Assembly: GCA_964035575.1 (NCBI GenBank)
Contig: OZ037835.1
Span: forward strand, 558,001-622,000
Length of the DNA stretch: 64,000 bases
Direction: 5' to 3'
DNA from: Rhynchopus sp. YZ270_cl-10
Lineage: Eukaryota
Part shown: one piece after another, positions 35,530 to 47,958 of the stretch
Layout of the letters: every line of letters starts with the position of its first letter
How positions within the stretch are numbered: the stretch's first letter is position 1
Position numbers and translations under genes: made by a program
The notes under the pieces: generated by a model
What the model saw: the letters and a program-made list of their open reading frames with translations, nothing else
Databases searched by the model: none
What the model was told of the DNA's origin: nothing

Positions 35530-37571
35530 TAGGGGTCCGTTTTAGGTCTCTGGCAGGCCGGGCCTTCTTTCTGTGACCTTCCCAACCAAAAGACCCCCAA
35601 AAAACACAGGTACCTGCTGCGTTTAATGGCACTTTACCCCAGTCCCTGGAACAGATCAGCAAGCCGACCAGCCCAGGTATGCATGCCAACACTACTGGGG
35701 GTGCACTGTTCGATAGCATAAAAGAAAAGTCAAAAAGTCAAAAAGACAAGAAGGTCAAACAAAATAGGTACTTCGAACAGGGCTGACAGGAGGGGATTCT
35801 CACCCGAGGTTCGGTGCCTGTCAGGCTGCGATTAGTGGTTCTGGGTGATTCCCTTCTTCCTAGCCACCGTTACCGCGGTGCCCGCACCGTAAGAGAGTGG
35901 GGACGGTTCACGACCGTTCGTACGCGTCAGCAAAAGTAGGGGTCGGAGTCCAGGCCCGAACCGGAAACATTAACCTCCGTTTTTCGAAACATTAAAAAGT
36001 AAAAATGAAAAAGAAAAATCAACAGCAAGAGCAGTGTTGCTGTAAAAGAAACAGCAGCACCGTCAGCTAACATGCCACACATTATGGCAGACGGCCACAC
36101 AAAATTCCCCTGATTTGTACAGAGAAAGTTGTAACTTCTTCCTTACAAGTAAGGGAGTGCCGGCAGGGAAGGAGTTACAACAAACAGTGAACAAACTCAA
36201 GTACCAGCCTTTCCGCGTAGCACAGACCCTACATTTGGTAGTTGGTCTGCCCTACTGCCTCATCTGCACCGTAGCTGGACGCCACGACGACAACTCCTTC
36301 ATCTATCAACGTACCAAAGCACGTGAAAATAGAACAAAAACAAACACATTGGAAAAACAACAGAGCATGTACCTGCAGATCCACAGTTGTTTCACGTACA
36401 GTGCATACACCCTGAAAGTTTAACCTCTTCCTTCTAGCACAGACGTTGGTCTGCCCTACTGCCTCTTCTGCACCGTAGCTGGACGCCACGACGACAACTC
36501 CTTCATCTTCAACGTACCAAAGCACGTGAAAATGGAACAAAAACAAACACATTGGAAAACAACAGAGCATGTACCTGCAGAGTGCATACACCCTGAAAGT
36601 TTAACCTCTTCCTTCTAGCACAGACGTTGGTCTGCCCTACTGCCTCTTCTGCACCGTAGCTGAATGCCACGGCGACAACTCCTTCATCTATCAACGTACC
36701 AAAGCACGTGAAAATAGAACAAAAATAAACACATTGGAAAAACAGCAGAGCATGTACCTGCAGATCCACAGTTGTTTCACGTACAGTGCATACACCCTGA
36801 AAGTTTAACCTCTTCCTTCTAGCACAGACGTTGGTCTGCCCTACTGCCTCTTCTGCACCGTAGCTGAATGCCACGGCGACAACTTGTACCCACCTGCGAA
36901 TGAATGTTCGCAGATCCCTTCTTCTACTAACGTAAAAAAAAAAAAAACGTAAAAACAGACCAAAAACTACAACATGCCACACTGAATTAACGACAGAGCA
37001 CGCACCTGCAGATCCACAGATGTTTCACTACGGTGTACACAGCCTGAGGTTAAACACATAACACAAGAATTCTACTACGGCAAAAAGATGAAAACTGAAC
37101 TGAACTGAACAAAACTACAACACACCACACTGAATACACAAGAGCACGTACCTGCAGATCCACAGTTGTTTCACATACAGTGTACGCACCAACAAAGCAA
37201 CAAAACGTTCCCATGCGGTCAAACGACAACACAGGAACAGCAACAATATTCCGTCACCAGTAGAGACACCGGCAACGCTTCCTTCTTGTACCTGGGATCC
37301 CCTCATCGGCATCAACACACTCCCAGTCACCGCACAGGTAACAGATCCTTGAAACCCCTCGAAGGGGTTTGCGTAGCCTACATAAGCTGGTGATCTGCCC
37401 GAAATTGACTGTGATGTTGTGTTAATAACCAGGGTTCCCACATCGGCTTGTTCCTCCTCCGGTCCCGAGCGAATCCATCATTGGAGAGGCGGCCGCCCAC
37501 GCTGACTCAGTACCATGCGAACACGGCGTCCAGGGGCCCCACTTGGCGGTTGGTCAGACGTTAATTGCCCC
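35530..37571 (-). mobile_element. 2042-bp non-autonomous non-LTR retroposon-like insertion
   Basis: 19-bp TSD CTTCTTACTTTCCGTCAGG (35511-35529, 37572-37590); no TIRs; no long ORF; HDV-like fold at its 5' end; internal tandem repeats. Confidence 0.8.
36242..36885. repeat. Tandem repeat of ~204/181-bp units inside the 2-kb insertion
   Basis: TTGGTCTGCCCTACTGCCTC recurs at 36242, 36446, 36627 and 36831; degenerate partial units continue to ~37190. Confidence 0.85.
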
Positions 37572-37572
37572 C
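37502..37572 (-). ncRNA. Candidate HDV-like self-cleaving ribozyme at the retroposon 5' end
   Basis: GGGGGC-AAUUAACGU-CUGAC-CAACCGCCAAGUGG-GGCCCCU-GG-AC-GCCGUG-UUCG-CAUGGU-ACUGA-GUCAG: P1 with G1.U wobble, P2, imperfect P3, GG linker, UUCG-capped P4, C in J4/2. Confidence 0.65.
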
Positions 37573-38814
37573 TTCTTACTTTCCGTCAGGATGATTGTGT
37601 CTCCAGCACTCAGCTGCGTGATGTCGTCTCCTTCGTCCTTCCCTCCGAAGCCCATGCGGAAGCTGTCCTCAGCCAACCCCACTGCAGACGCCACCTTCTG
37701 CCGCATCGTCTCCGTTGTGTCATCCACACCCACCTCCATCACATGCGAGTTGTCTGCACAGTCCTTGATAACTACTTCCATTTTGTCTTCTATTCCTTGT
37801 GTTGCTCTGTGGTGTGGTGGGGTTGTGGGAGTTGGGGCTGTGGTGGGTGAACATGATGAAAGAAAAACAACACCTCACCAAAGCCGCTTCCTTTGTAGCC
37901 GTACACACCGAGTATTGGCTCCGGAGGGGTCTGAGGGGGGCACAATCATCAAAGCTATAAGGCTTTGTGATCAAAACGCGCCTCACGACATGGAGTGAAG
38001 TTCAAGAAGGCTCGAAGACATAAGGGGTCCACGAAGAAAAGCACGATCTCAACTTGGTTGTCGCGATTCGTTGAAAAGTGGTGGCTCGGCCGGTAAAAAC
38101 ACAAAAGGGGAGGGGTGGGGAGGGTAGGGGGCAAGGGGTCAGTTTTTTTTTTTTATAGAGAAAAGAAAAAGGGAGGTGACGTTCAACGGAAGTTAAACGG
38201 AGCAAATATAAGTACTGGGTGATTCAGATTGTTGTTATAGTAACCTGGGGGTGTCTCCGAAAAAAGCGAATTTTATTTTTTAGTAACAAACAGTTTTCCG
38301 GTTTTGTTACCTGGCATCTTCTTCCTCCGGATTTTTATATTTTTTATTTTTACAAATAACAGTAACAGTTACCTGGACCTTCTTATAAAATGGCGCCGCA
38401 GGCGAAAAAAAATCAGGGTACGGTGTAAAAATCTAGCTTTCACACTACAGAGTCACTCAACGAACGCGGAGCAAAAATGAAAAATGGCGCCGCAGGCAAA
38501 GGATTTTATGGTGCGATCAGTTACCCAGAGCCCTCCCGTGGTTCAACTACGGTTCTACCAGGAACTTTTTTTGACCCTCACCACCATCACCACACGTCAG
38601 GCGAGAGGTGATGTTTTTTTTCCAATTTTTATTTTACAGCTTTCCGGGTTTGTTACCTGGGCCAGATACATTTTTATTTTAATTTTACAAAATAATTATT
38701 TTGTTACCAAATGGTTGTTACCTGGGGGAAATTTGAGTTGACGGTCTTGAAAACACTTCGCTGGCTGGTGTGTCAAACGGTCTGTATGGTTTGCACGTAA
38801 CGCTCTACGTATAC

Positions 38815-40910
38815 GATACGATCTGTATGCAACGAACACAACGCAACGAACGCAACGCAACCAACGCAACGCATACAACGCAACGCAACCGATGCGTACG
38901 ATGCGATCTGTATGCAACGAACGCAACGCATACAACGCAACGCATGCAACGAACGCAACCGATGCATACGTAGCGATCTGTATGCAACGAACGCAACGCA
39001 TGCAACGCAACGCAACCGATGCGTACGTTACGATCTGTATGCAACGAACGCAACGTAACCAACGCAACGCAACCGATGCGTACGATGCGATCTGTATGCA
39101 ACGAACGCAACGCATACAACGCAACGCATGCAACGAACGCAACCGATGCATACGTAGCGATCTGTATGCAACGAACGCAACGCATGCAACGCAACGCAAC
39201 CGATGTGTACGTAGCGATCTGTATGCAACGAACGCAACGCATACAACGCAACGCATGCAACGAACGCAACCGATGCATACGTATCGATCTGTATGCAACG
39301 AACGCAACGCATGCAACGCAACGCAACCGATACATACGTAGCGATCTGTATGCAACGAACGCAACGCATGCAACGCAACGCAACCGATGCGTACGTAGCG
39401 ATCTGTATGCAACGAACGCAACGCATGCAACGCAACGCAACCGATACATACGTAGCGATCTGTATGCAACGAACGCAACGCATGCAACGCAACGCAACCG
39501 ATGCGTACGTAGCGATCTGTATGCAACGAACGCAACGCATGCAACGCAACGCAACCGATACATACGTAGCGATCTGTATGCAACGAACGCAACGCATGCA
39601 ACGCAACGCAACCGATGCGTACGTAGCGATCTGTATGCAACGAACGCAACGCATGCAACGCAACGCAACCGATACATACGTAGCGATCTGTATGCAACGA
39701 ACGCAACGCATGCAACGCAACGCAACCGATGCGTACGTAGCGATCTGTATGCAACGAACGTAACGCATGCAACGCAACGCAACCGATGCGTACGTAGCGA
39801 TCTGTATGCAACGAACGCAACGCAACCGATGCGTACGTAGCGATCTGTATGCAACGAACGCAACGCAACCGATGCGTACGTAGCGATCTGTATGCAACGA
39901 ACGCAACGCAACCGATGCGTACGTAGCGATCTGTATGCAACGAACGCAACGCAACCGATGCGTACGTAACGATCTGTATGTAACGCAACGAACGCAACGC
40001 GTGGTCCTGAGTATGACCTTAAACTGCTAAGTCGTGAGCGAATGTATCCTAGTAGGTATGGGGAAGGGGGAAGGAGTTCTTTGACCGCCCGAAGGCTTTG
40101 GCTGGGAAGGTATGGGGGGACTTCAGAACCTTTCTTGACCGCCCGTGGATGCATTCTCAAGGATTGGACATGGACACCCCTCCGTAGCGCAACGTCCCGC
40201 TGACTTAGGGTGAGGCAATGTATTGTGGCCCCAAAGTCAGTGCAAAAAGACCCTAGGCTCACCTTTGGAAACTGCATGTGTCTACCTGGTGCATGTGGAC
40301 AAACTTCTGGAGACGGGCAGGTTGACGGCGACTACTACGGTAGATCTTTCCAGAAACCGTTGATGCGGCCACCCGGACATGATGACACACAACACACGTT
40401 TACTTTCTCTTTGGGTCATAAGGTACGCCCTTCTCTGACCACGACATGAAACACAAAGCCAAAACAATTGAAGGTATCCTCGCGTACGAGTTGTTTGACT
40501 CCAAAGTGATTCCCCGGCCTCTCAAGCAAACAGGAGACCAACGTCAGGGGAGGTGTAATGAGATACCCTGGGCCGTGCCCACCTTTTGTGTTCTGTTCAT
40601 TTTGTTTGAGTGGTGCGCCCACCTTGCTTTTTGTTCATTGTGTACTAACCTATCGCAATAAAAAGACCACTAAAGGCCAAAGAGAAAAAAAAAAAAAAAA
40701 AAAACGCATGCAACGCAACGCAACCGATACATACGTAGCGATCTGTATGCAACGAACGCAACGCATGCAACGCAACGCAACCGATGCGTACGTAGCGATC
40801 TGTATGCAACGAACGCAACGCATGCAACGCAACGCAACCGATGCGTACGTAGCGATCTGTATGCAACGAACGCAACGCAGGCAACGCAACGCAACCGATG
40901 CATACGTTAC
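38815..40910. repeat. 57-bp satellite (43-bp and longer variants) built from CAACG/CATG units, interrupted at 40001-40703
   Basis: Unit GATCTGTATGCAACGAACGCAACGCATGCAACGCAACGCAACCGATGCGTACGTAGC repeated in tandem. Confidence 0.95.
40001..40703 (+). mobile_element. ~700-bp poly(A)-tailed retroposon-like insertion within the satellite
   Basis: Unique sequence splits a satellite unit; ends in an A19 tract (40685-40703) with AATAAA ~25 nt upstream; short AACGC duplication. Confidence 0.7.
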
Positions 40911-43900
40911 GAGCGGTCTGTACGAAAGCATGCTACGGGTTTAACGCCATCGCGTTAACGCAACACCTGCGCCGCTGTGACACTTCGCTGGCTCGTGTGG
41001 TTGTCATAACGGAACGGTCTACACGTGCGTTACACACAACGGTCTTCGTATACGATACACACAACGCTATGCATGTGCGATACACGCGTTAACCGCATCG
41101 TGTGGTTACCAAACGCAGCCCACCTACGGTGGGCTGCTGCAACTCGTGCCGTGTGTGGCCCATGCATGGTTCTCACAGCTCGCTGGCACGTTTCCCAAGC
41201 CGCAAACCCGGTTACCCGCCTGAAAAACCGGGTTTTTGGCCAAAACGCCTGTTTTGCCTGTGGAACCCTGTAGAACCCTTAAGAAACACGTGTATAAAAG
41301 GGGTACTCGTGACACCCTGGTGTCAGGGTCTCTAACGGCTCCCAGCTCAAACTGAGTTATACACGCCCCAAAAAGTGCCCGATCTTTCCAAAGAAACAGT
41401 TTTTTGAGCTGGGCGAAGCTTCTACACCCTGAAAAAAAAACCGGTTTTTGGTCGGATCCAGCAGGGGGGGGGGGGGAGACTGGGGGGGGGGTTACTGCTA
41501 GGTGGGTGGGTGGCCGGAACAGCAACCTTTAAAAACTAGAAAACACAAGTGTTTTCTAGAATTTTTGGGGGTAAAATAATTATTTAGTTTTATTTTAACA
41601 ACTTTATAAATCACCCAGTAACTTTTTTTTTTTTTTTTTTTTCCTTTTTCAGGGTTTCCGCCAGGATTTGGGGTTTCCGAAATTGGAGTGTACCATGAAA
41701 ACGACCCCCAAAAAATTTTTTTCTCCCCGAAAAAGCGGTCGTCGCGCGCTTCGCGCGCGCCTCCCTGGCAGACACAGGTAGAGAGGCGAAGCGTGCGGGG
41801 GGGTGCTACAAAAATTTTTTTTGGGAAGGGTTGAAAGGGCAGAAGGGGAAGTGCGAGATACGCTCACTACCGGTTGAGGTGTCACTTCCACTGGCCGTAT
41901 CGCCTCGTCAACCGTGGGAGGGGTCTCCTTCTTGACCAAGACAAGTCGGCTCTGCCGCAGCTTTGGCACAACTTTTTGGGTTTTAGCACCAGGCTTTTTA
42001 GCACCAGCTTTGATAGCAACCATGTTAAGCTTCACAGCTGTGTTGTCTGGTAGAGGTGGTTCATTTGGAGGTCGGGGGTGGAAGCTTAACAAGGTAAGGA
42101 GTCTTGTGAGAGGGTGATGGTATTTGCTTTTTTCATTGCATGGCGCTACACAGTGATTACAGTGCTGCCGTTGGAACATGTAATAGAAAGTGAATGCACG
42201 CATCGCTTGCACCGAAGCCTCCTTTAGTTTAGAATATAGCAACATCAAATAGCCAGCAACACAGCGCCGCAGGCGCACGGTACGCTACTTTTTTCCTTTT
42301 TTTCCTAGATTTTACCCCCCTTTTCTTCCACTTCTTTTGACACAGCGAGCCAAACGCTCTGCACGGTGGGGTCACATGACCACGGGGGGTCATCTACAAC
42401 CTCTAAAACCCCATTTTTCTCGGGGTGTACTTTGGTACACCCCGAATCCCTGTAAAAATCCAAATTTTTCCGGGAAAAATATTGGGGTGTACCAAAGTAC
42501 ACCCCGGTACACCTTGGCGGAAACTCTGTTTTTCCTGAAAACTTTTTTACTATTCCTTTTTTAAGGGAACGGAGCATGTACTGCCCTGGAAGCTCCAAGA
42601 AAATGGAGTCGGCGGGGCGAAAGAGGAAGTTGCCTTCCTAAACGTGCACACACAACTGGCAAAAAGGGGGAGGTGTCGTCACTCACCTTTGTATCATCAT
42701 TGAAATAACATTGCTTACCAATGGTACTCCAATACTGCTGCCCCCTGACTTTTTTTTTTTTGAAAATTTGATTACATTAGTGTAGACACCCGAGGACGAG
42801 CCCTGGGGAAGGTGGGGATCTGAAACCCCCAAAAACGCGGACATTGTCCATTTTTGTTGTGTCGACAATCGCCTAAGGACCCGCTTGGGGGGACCCAGGG
42901 TCTGTACTCAATGTTGGCCGAAGCCTTTTGTACTGCGAAAAAGGTATGGTCAGTCCTGAACCGGAGCAAATTTTATGAAAAGCCCTTTACCAGGCATTGT
43001 TCGCGAGTGTGGAATCTTCTTTCCTGTCGCAAAGGGTGCTGTTTGTAGGTTACGGTTTTGCGGCCGCCCTTGGTAAAAGATGAAGTGGTGGAGGGGAAAA
43101 ATACGTGAGTGGGTGCAGCCGGCACACTTTTCCCCAAGGTGTGGTAGAGTCCATCTGGGCTGTGAGTGTTGAAGGGTGCGCAGGAAAATACGCATCCACT
43201 TGCCGTTTGGATAAAGAACAAGAAAGCCCAAGAAAGCCCCGAGCCCACTTACTTCGCACAAGGATTTGCTCCCTTGTGTTCCAATTATACCCGTTTCGTT
43301 GACTGACGAGCGGTAGCGGGAGTAGGACATCTCAACGTAGACCGCGAAATGGAAGTAAGTTAGGCGGAGGGTGGGCGTGGCGTGGATATATGCTGTTGCG
43401 ACACGTGATTTTTCCAAGTTTTCAAGAAAGATGAAAGGGGGTTTGGGGGGAAGAGCTTAATTCTTGAACGCAATCCCCACACTCAGTTACACAAAATAAT
43501 AAAAAACCCCGTTCGTCTTTTGTTTAGTTGTTACGCTACCATGCAACCCAAGAGATATGAGGTGAGTGCACGATAAAGGGGGAGAGGAAATAACGCAATC
43601 CCCACACTCAGTCACACACGTTGGTACACTTCTCCCCAAGGTGTGGTAGAGTCCATCTGGGCTGCGAGTGTTGAAGGGTGCGCAGGAAAAAAAATTGAAA
43701 CCGCACTTGGTGTGGCAGCGGTTACTGGGGGGGTAAACCGGTAGAAACACGGTAGAAACACGGGGAATCGGTTGGGGGTTCCCTTTTTTGGAAAAAAATT
43801 TTTGTTTTTTTACCAGGGGGCTTCTCTATGTTGTAGGCATACAGAGGCACAGATTTTACAGACCGGGGCCGGAACTGGCTGGGATGTCACGAAACTGACA

Positions 43901-44858
43901 AAAAAAGTGGTTTTCGACCTTTTTTCTTTTGGCCAGCTGTACTGTACTGTGTATACTGTGTATACTGTGTATACTGTGTATACTGTGAACATGCGAAAAT
44001 TGACCAAAGACGAGAACTTGTCCATTTCGGCAAATTGACCCCACCACTGGCCGGACGGATTCCGGAAATGCAAATGCCGGCTTTAAAAGCTCACCAGCGA
44101 AAAAAAAAGAAAAATTTCCAACATCTGGAACCCCCCTTTACGGAGCGACAACTGGTAGAAACACGGTAGAACCACGGGGAATCGGTTAAGGCGCCACACC
44201 AGCACTCCTCCTTTTTATTTTTTGGAAACTTGGTTGTAATAGTGTGCACTCTAGAGTGTGCCCCACTATACCTTTTATTTTGTTTCCACACGCCCTCGCA
44301 AAGCAATAAAACAATAAAGACAAAAGGGAGAGGTTGTGGTGGGTGAAACACACACACAGCAGAATGGGAAAAAAAAAGGGCTGAATGTGTCGCTCATGCA
44401 ACAGCGTGTTTCCATATACCCTCAGAGAAAAATAATATATGAGGGTATGCGTGTAATTGAAGGAAATACTACAGGTCAATAGCGATCTTCACCCACACAT
44501 TTTATTTCCCAACCCAACAACAACAATATAGCGTGAAGACAATAAATAAAATCAAAGCGGAATAAATTTTTTTTTATTTTTTAGGTTTTGTGAGGCACTC
44601 AACGAGTGTGCCGGCTCTGTGGCGTCACGGAGCCACCAACACTCCCCAGTCATTTTTCCTGCGCTTCCAGGAAAACTCGCAGTATGCGACCAGGATGGGA
44701 CTAGGGAGTGCAGGATTTTTGCTGCTAAAGTAGAGATAAATCAAGACCAAGACAAGCCACGCTACTGGCGCATTGAAAACACAAGGTTGGTTCGGTCCAC
44801 TAAGGCCAGCTAAACCCGCAAACCCGTTTACGGGTTTGCACTGTACAAGAAAACTGTC

Positions 44859-45513
44859 CACTAAGCCAACTAAGGACCCTCCGCATGGAACACACTGAAG
44901 CAAAAAGGGAGGTTGAAGTACACTAGGCCAACTAAGGACCCTCCGCATGGAACACACTGAAGAAAAAAGGGAGGTTGAAGTACACTAGGCCAACTAAGAG
45001 ACCTCCACACAGAACACACTGATACAAAAGGAGTGATTCATGTCCACTAGGCCAACTAAGGACCCTCCGCATGGAACACACTGAAGCAAAAAGGGAGGTT
45101 GAAGTACACTAGGCCAACTAAGGACCCTCCGCATGGAACACACTGAAGAAAAAAGGGAGGTTGAAGTACACTAGGCCAACTAAGAGACCTCCACACAGAA
45201 CACACTGATACAAAAGGAGTGATTCATGTCCACTAGGCCAACTAAGGACCCTCCGCATGGAACACACTGAAGCAAAAAGGGAGGTTGAAGTACACTAGGC
45301 CAACTAAGAGACCTCCACACAGAACACACTGATACAAAAGGGGTGATTCATGTCCACTAGGCCAACTAAGGACCCTCCGCATGGAACACACTGAAGCAAA
45401 AAGGGAGGTTGAAGTACACTAGGCCAACTAAGAGACCTCCACACAGAACACACTGATACAAAAGGGGTGATTCATGTCCACTAGGCCAACTAAGGACCCT
45501 CCGCATGGAACAC
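44859..45513. repeat. 62-bp tandem repeat with two unit types (~10.5 units); degenerate relatives at 45770-45985
   Basis: CACTAGGCCAACTAAG recurs every 61-62 bp. Confidence 0.9.
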
Positions 45514-47586
45514 ACATGTGAGTGAGACTAGCACAGGGAAACAGTACCAAGAAATACCACACGAGGTACGCACTGAACACACATCCGTTTAACACTTTGA
45601 ACTCCACTTCGCCCCAAAAATCTGTTTTTACCCTGCAACACCACTTGACCACCATAGGTTAAACGAGTAGAACACATTAAACAAGAACTGTTTTACACCC
45701 TGAGCACCACCTGACCAGAACCTTCAAGAGGCAAGGCCATTCAACGGGTGATCCGCGCTCACGGGGTGGTTCACTGAAATAAAGGGGTGATTCAGGTTCA
45801 CTAGGCCAACTAAGGACCCTACGCATGAACACACTGAAACAAGGGGTGATTCAGGTCCATTCTGCATGGCCGCACTGAAAACAAGGGGTGATTCAGGTCC
45901 ATTCTGCATGGCCGCACTGAAACAAGGGGTAATTCAGGTTCACTAGGCCAACTCGGACCCTACGCATGAACACACTGACACAAAAAGGGCCCACCTGACC
46001 ACCATAGGGCCTACAATTCAACGGTTCGAACAAACTGGAAAATAAAAGACACAAATTAGGGAGGGAGGGAGGGAAACGAAAAAATTTAATTCACAGCAAA
46101 CAGGTGTGAGGGAGAAGAAAAGAAAGTGAACAAAAACGAAAAAACAATGTTTTTCTGAAATGTGATGTTGTTGGGGTAGGGAGAATAAAACAGTTCCAAG
46201 AAAAGCTCCTGCGTCGGTTTTCTTTTGGTTAGGAAAAAACGGGAAACGAAATAGGGGGTGAGTTCGTTGTACGCTTCCACTGTGATATACCCTCATAGCA
46301 AAAGTAATACCGTCTTTTGAAAAAAATATGGACCAGAAAAATTGGTTGGTGTGGCCCGTTTTGCGGTTTTGCGTGTCTCAAGAATGGCCCAAGAATGGCC
46401 CAAAAGTGGGTTAAATCGAGGGGGGGTCCCTTTTTTAATTTGTTACCCGGTGTTTTTTTTTGGGTGGTTTTCACGCTAGGTCTGACCCGGAGGCACCTCT
46501 CGCATAGTGACTGGAGGGGAAATTTGGGGTGGTCCTAACCTTTCGGTTAGGAATAATTCACAACACGGTGGCTAAAATCGGGTTTTCCTGGGAAGGGTAC
46601 CAGTACCCAGGTACCCAAAATATTTTCGATAATACCCATTTTTTCTTTTCTTTAATACCCACTTTTTATTTTCGTTAGTACCCACTTTTGAAAAATGGGT
46701 ATTAACGAAAATGGGTACTAGGAAAATGGGTACCACCGGATTTAACCCTAAAATATTGCGTTCCCCCAGAAAACCAGTTTTTGCCACAGTAATTTTTGCC
46801 CAGGGCATGCTCTTGAAGCATGGCGGCTTGGTGTGAGAAGGGGCAGTGTATTGTTTTGTTCTAGATTTCGACGGTTGTTAGAACGAGTCAAGTGGATGCT
46901 TATCTAAACACTGACTTTAGTACAGACCCGAGAGATCACACATGACTTTGAGGAAAGAACAAAGCAATGCATCTGTACCCGCACGCCAGGTTGTAGTTAC
47001 TTCAGAATTTTCTTAAGTTTGCATGAACGAGGAGGGGGCGAATCATTCTTCGGGAACGTGCAGTATACCATGGAATGAGGGTTCTCAAAAAAACCACGTG
47101 GGGGCTGAATTCATATCCCTTAGAATTGCGAATTCAGCCTTTGCAGAAGGTACGTCTTACTTGTACTTGTATGCCGTGTCACCCTTCTCAACCTCACCGG
47201 TTCACAACGTTCGAATAATAGTAGACAGTGGTAACCCTTCTCGATTGTGCAAACTTAAGAATTTTCTGCTGTAACTTACCAAAATCGATTTTCTCACCCC
47301 AAACACCCGCAACACCCGCAACACCCCACCTGCTACTTCGGTAGCCTGTGTTGTTGGGAGTTGGTTCTCATGTTGATCCCCAGTGTCTTGCACTGCTTCT
47401 TCTGAGCCCAACGCTGTTTGGCCTGTCGACGTACTAAATACGAAGACAGGGGGGCGGTGCCAACAATTTTCCAATGATGTAACGTTTATCTGATTGATTT
47501 ATCGTTTGATATACCTTGTGTCCTACTTCACCTGCACACCTAAGGTTATTGAACGGTACTTTCAAGCGATACTTCGTTATGTCAGT

Positions 47587-47656
47587 GGGTACTGGGTACT
47601 GGGTACTGGGTACTGGGTACTGGGTACTGGGTACTGGGTACTGGGTACTGGGTACT
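47587..47656. repeat. (GGGTACT)10 microsatellite
   Basis: Perfect tandem repeat. Confidence 0.95.
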
Positions 47657-47958
47657 GGAAAACACGTACGTTTTTGTTCGCGATAACACGTATACTTTTT
47701 GTGTACGTGTTATCGCAAATCGAAAAAAAAAGTATACGTGTTATCGCAATTTACCCATAAATTTATTTATCTACCCTAAAGCATAGGTTTCGAACGCGCG
47801 TTCGAAAATCGAAAACGCGCAAATCCAAAATCGGAAAACGCGCACATGAAAAAAAAAAAAAAAAACGCGCAAAAAAAAAAAAAAAAACGCGCGTTCGAAA
47901 AGCCGGACGCGCGTAAAAAAAAAAGGGCGTTTTTTTTTTTTTTTTTCAAACGCGCGTT

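Larger units (their letters stand above)
34542..37781 (-). pseudogene. UBL-LRR copy D, interrupted by a 2042-bp insertion (otherwise an open 392-aa frame)
   Basis: Joining 37781-37572 to 35510-34542 restores a complete frame with 9 LRRs ending HCCSVS*. Confidence 0.8.

Noticed and set aside
40001..40050. Possible hammerhead ribozyme at the 5' end of the poly(A) insert (CTGAGTATGA...AAAC)
   Set aside because: Does not fit the CUGANGA...GAAA core spacing and the three stems could not be built
38696..40277. Long ORFs of 273-490 aa in several frames
   Set aside because: Artefacts of the stop-poor 57-bp satellite
41649..42278. 209-aa ORF with a Lys-rich segment
   Set aside because: No domain recognised, flanked by transposon motifs; possibly a transposase N-terminal scrap but unsupported
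46900..47480. Coding-like stretch sharing ~35 bp with 60428-60465
   Set aside because: Frames are broken and no family could be assigned by eye
47587..47656. Telomere-like repeats GGGTACT (and AGGTTTGC at 62726)
   Set aside because: Short, interstitial, different from each other and from TTAGGG; treated as microsatellites
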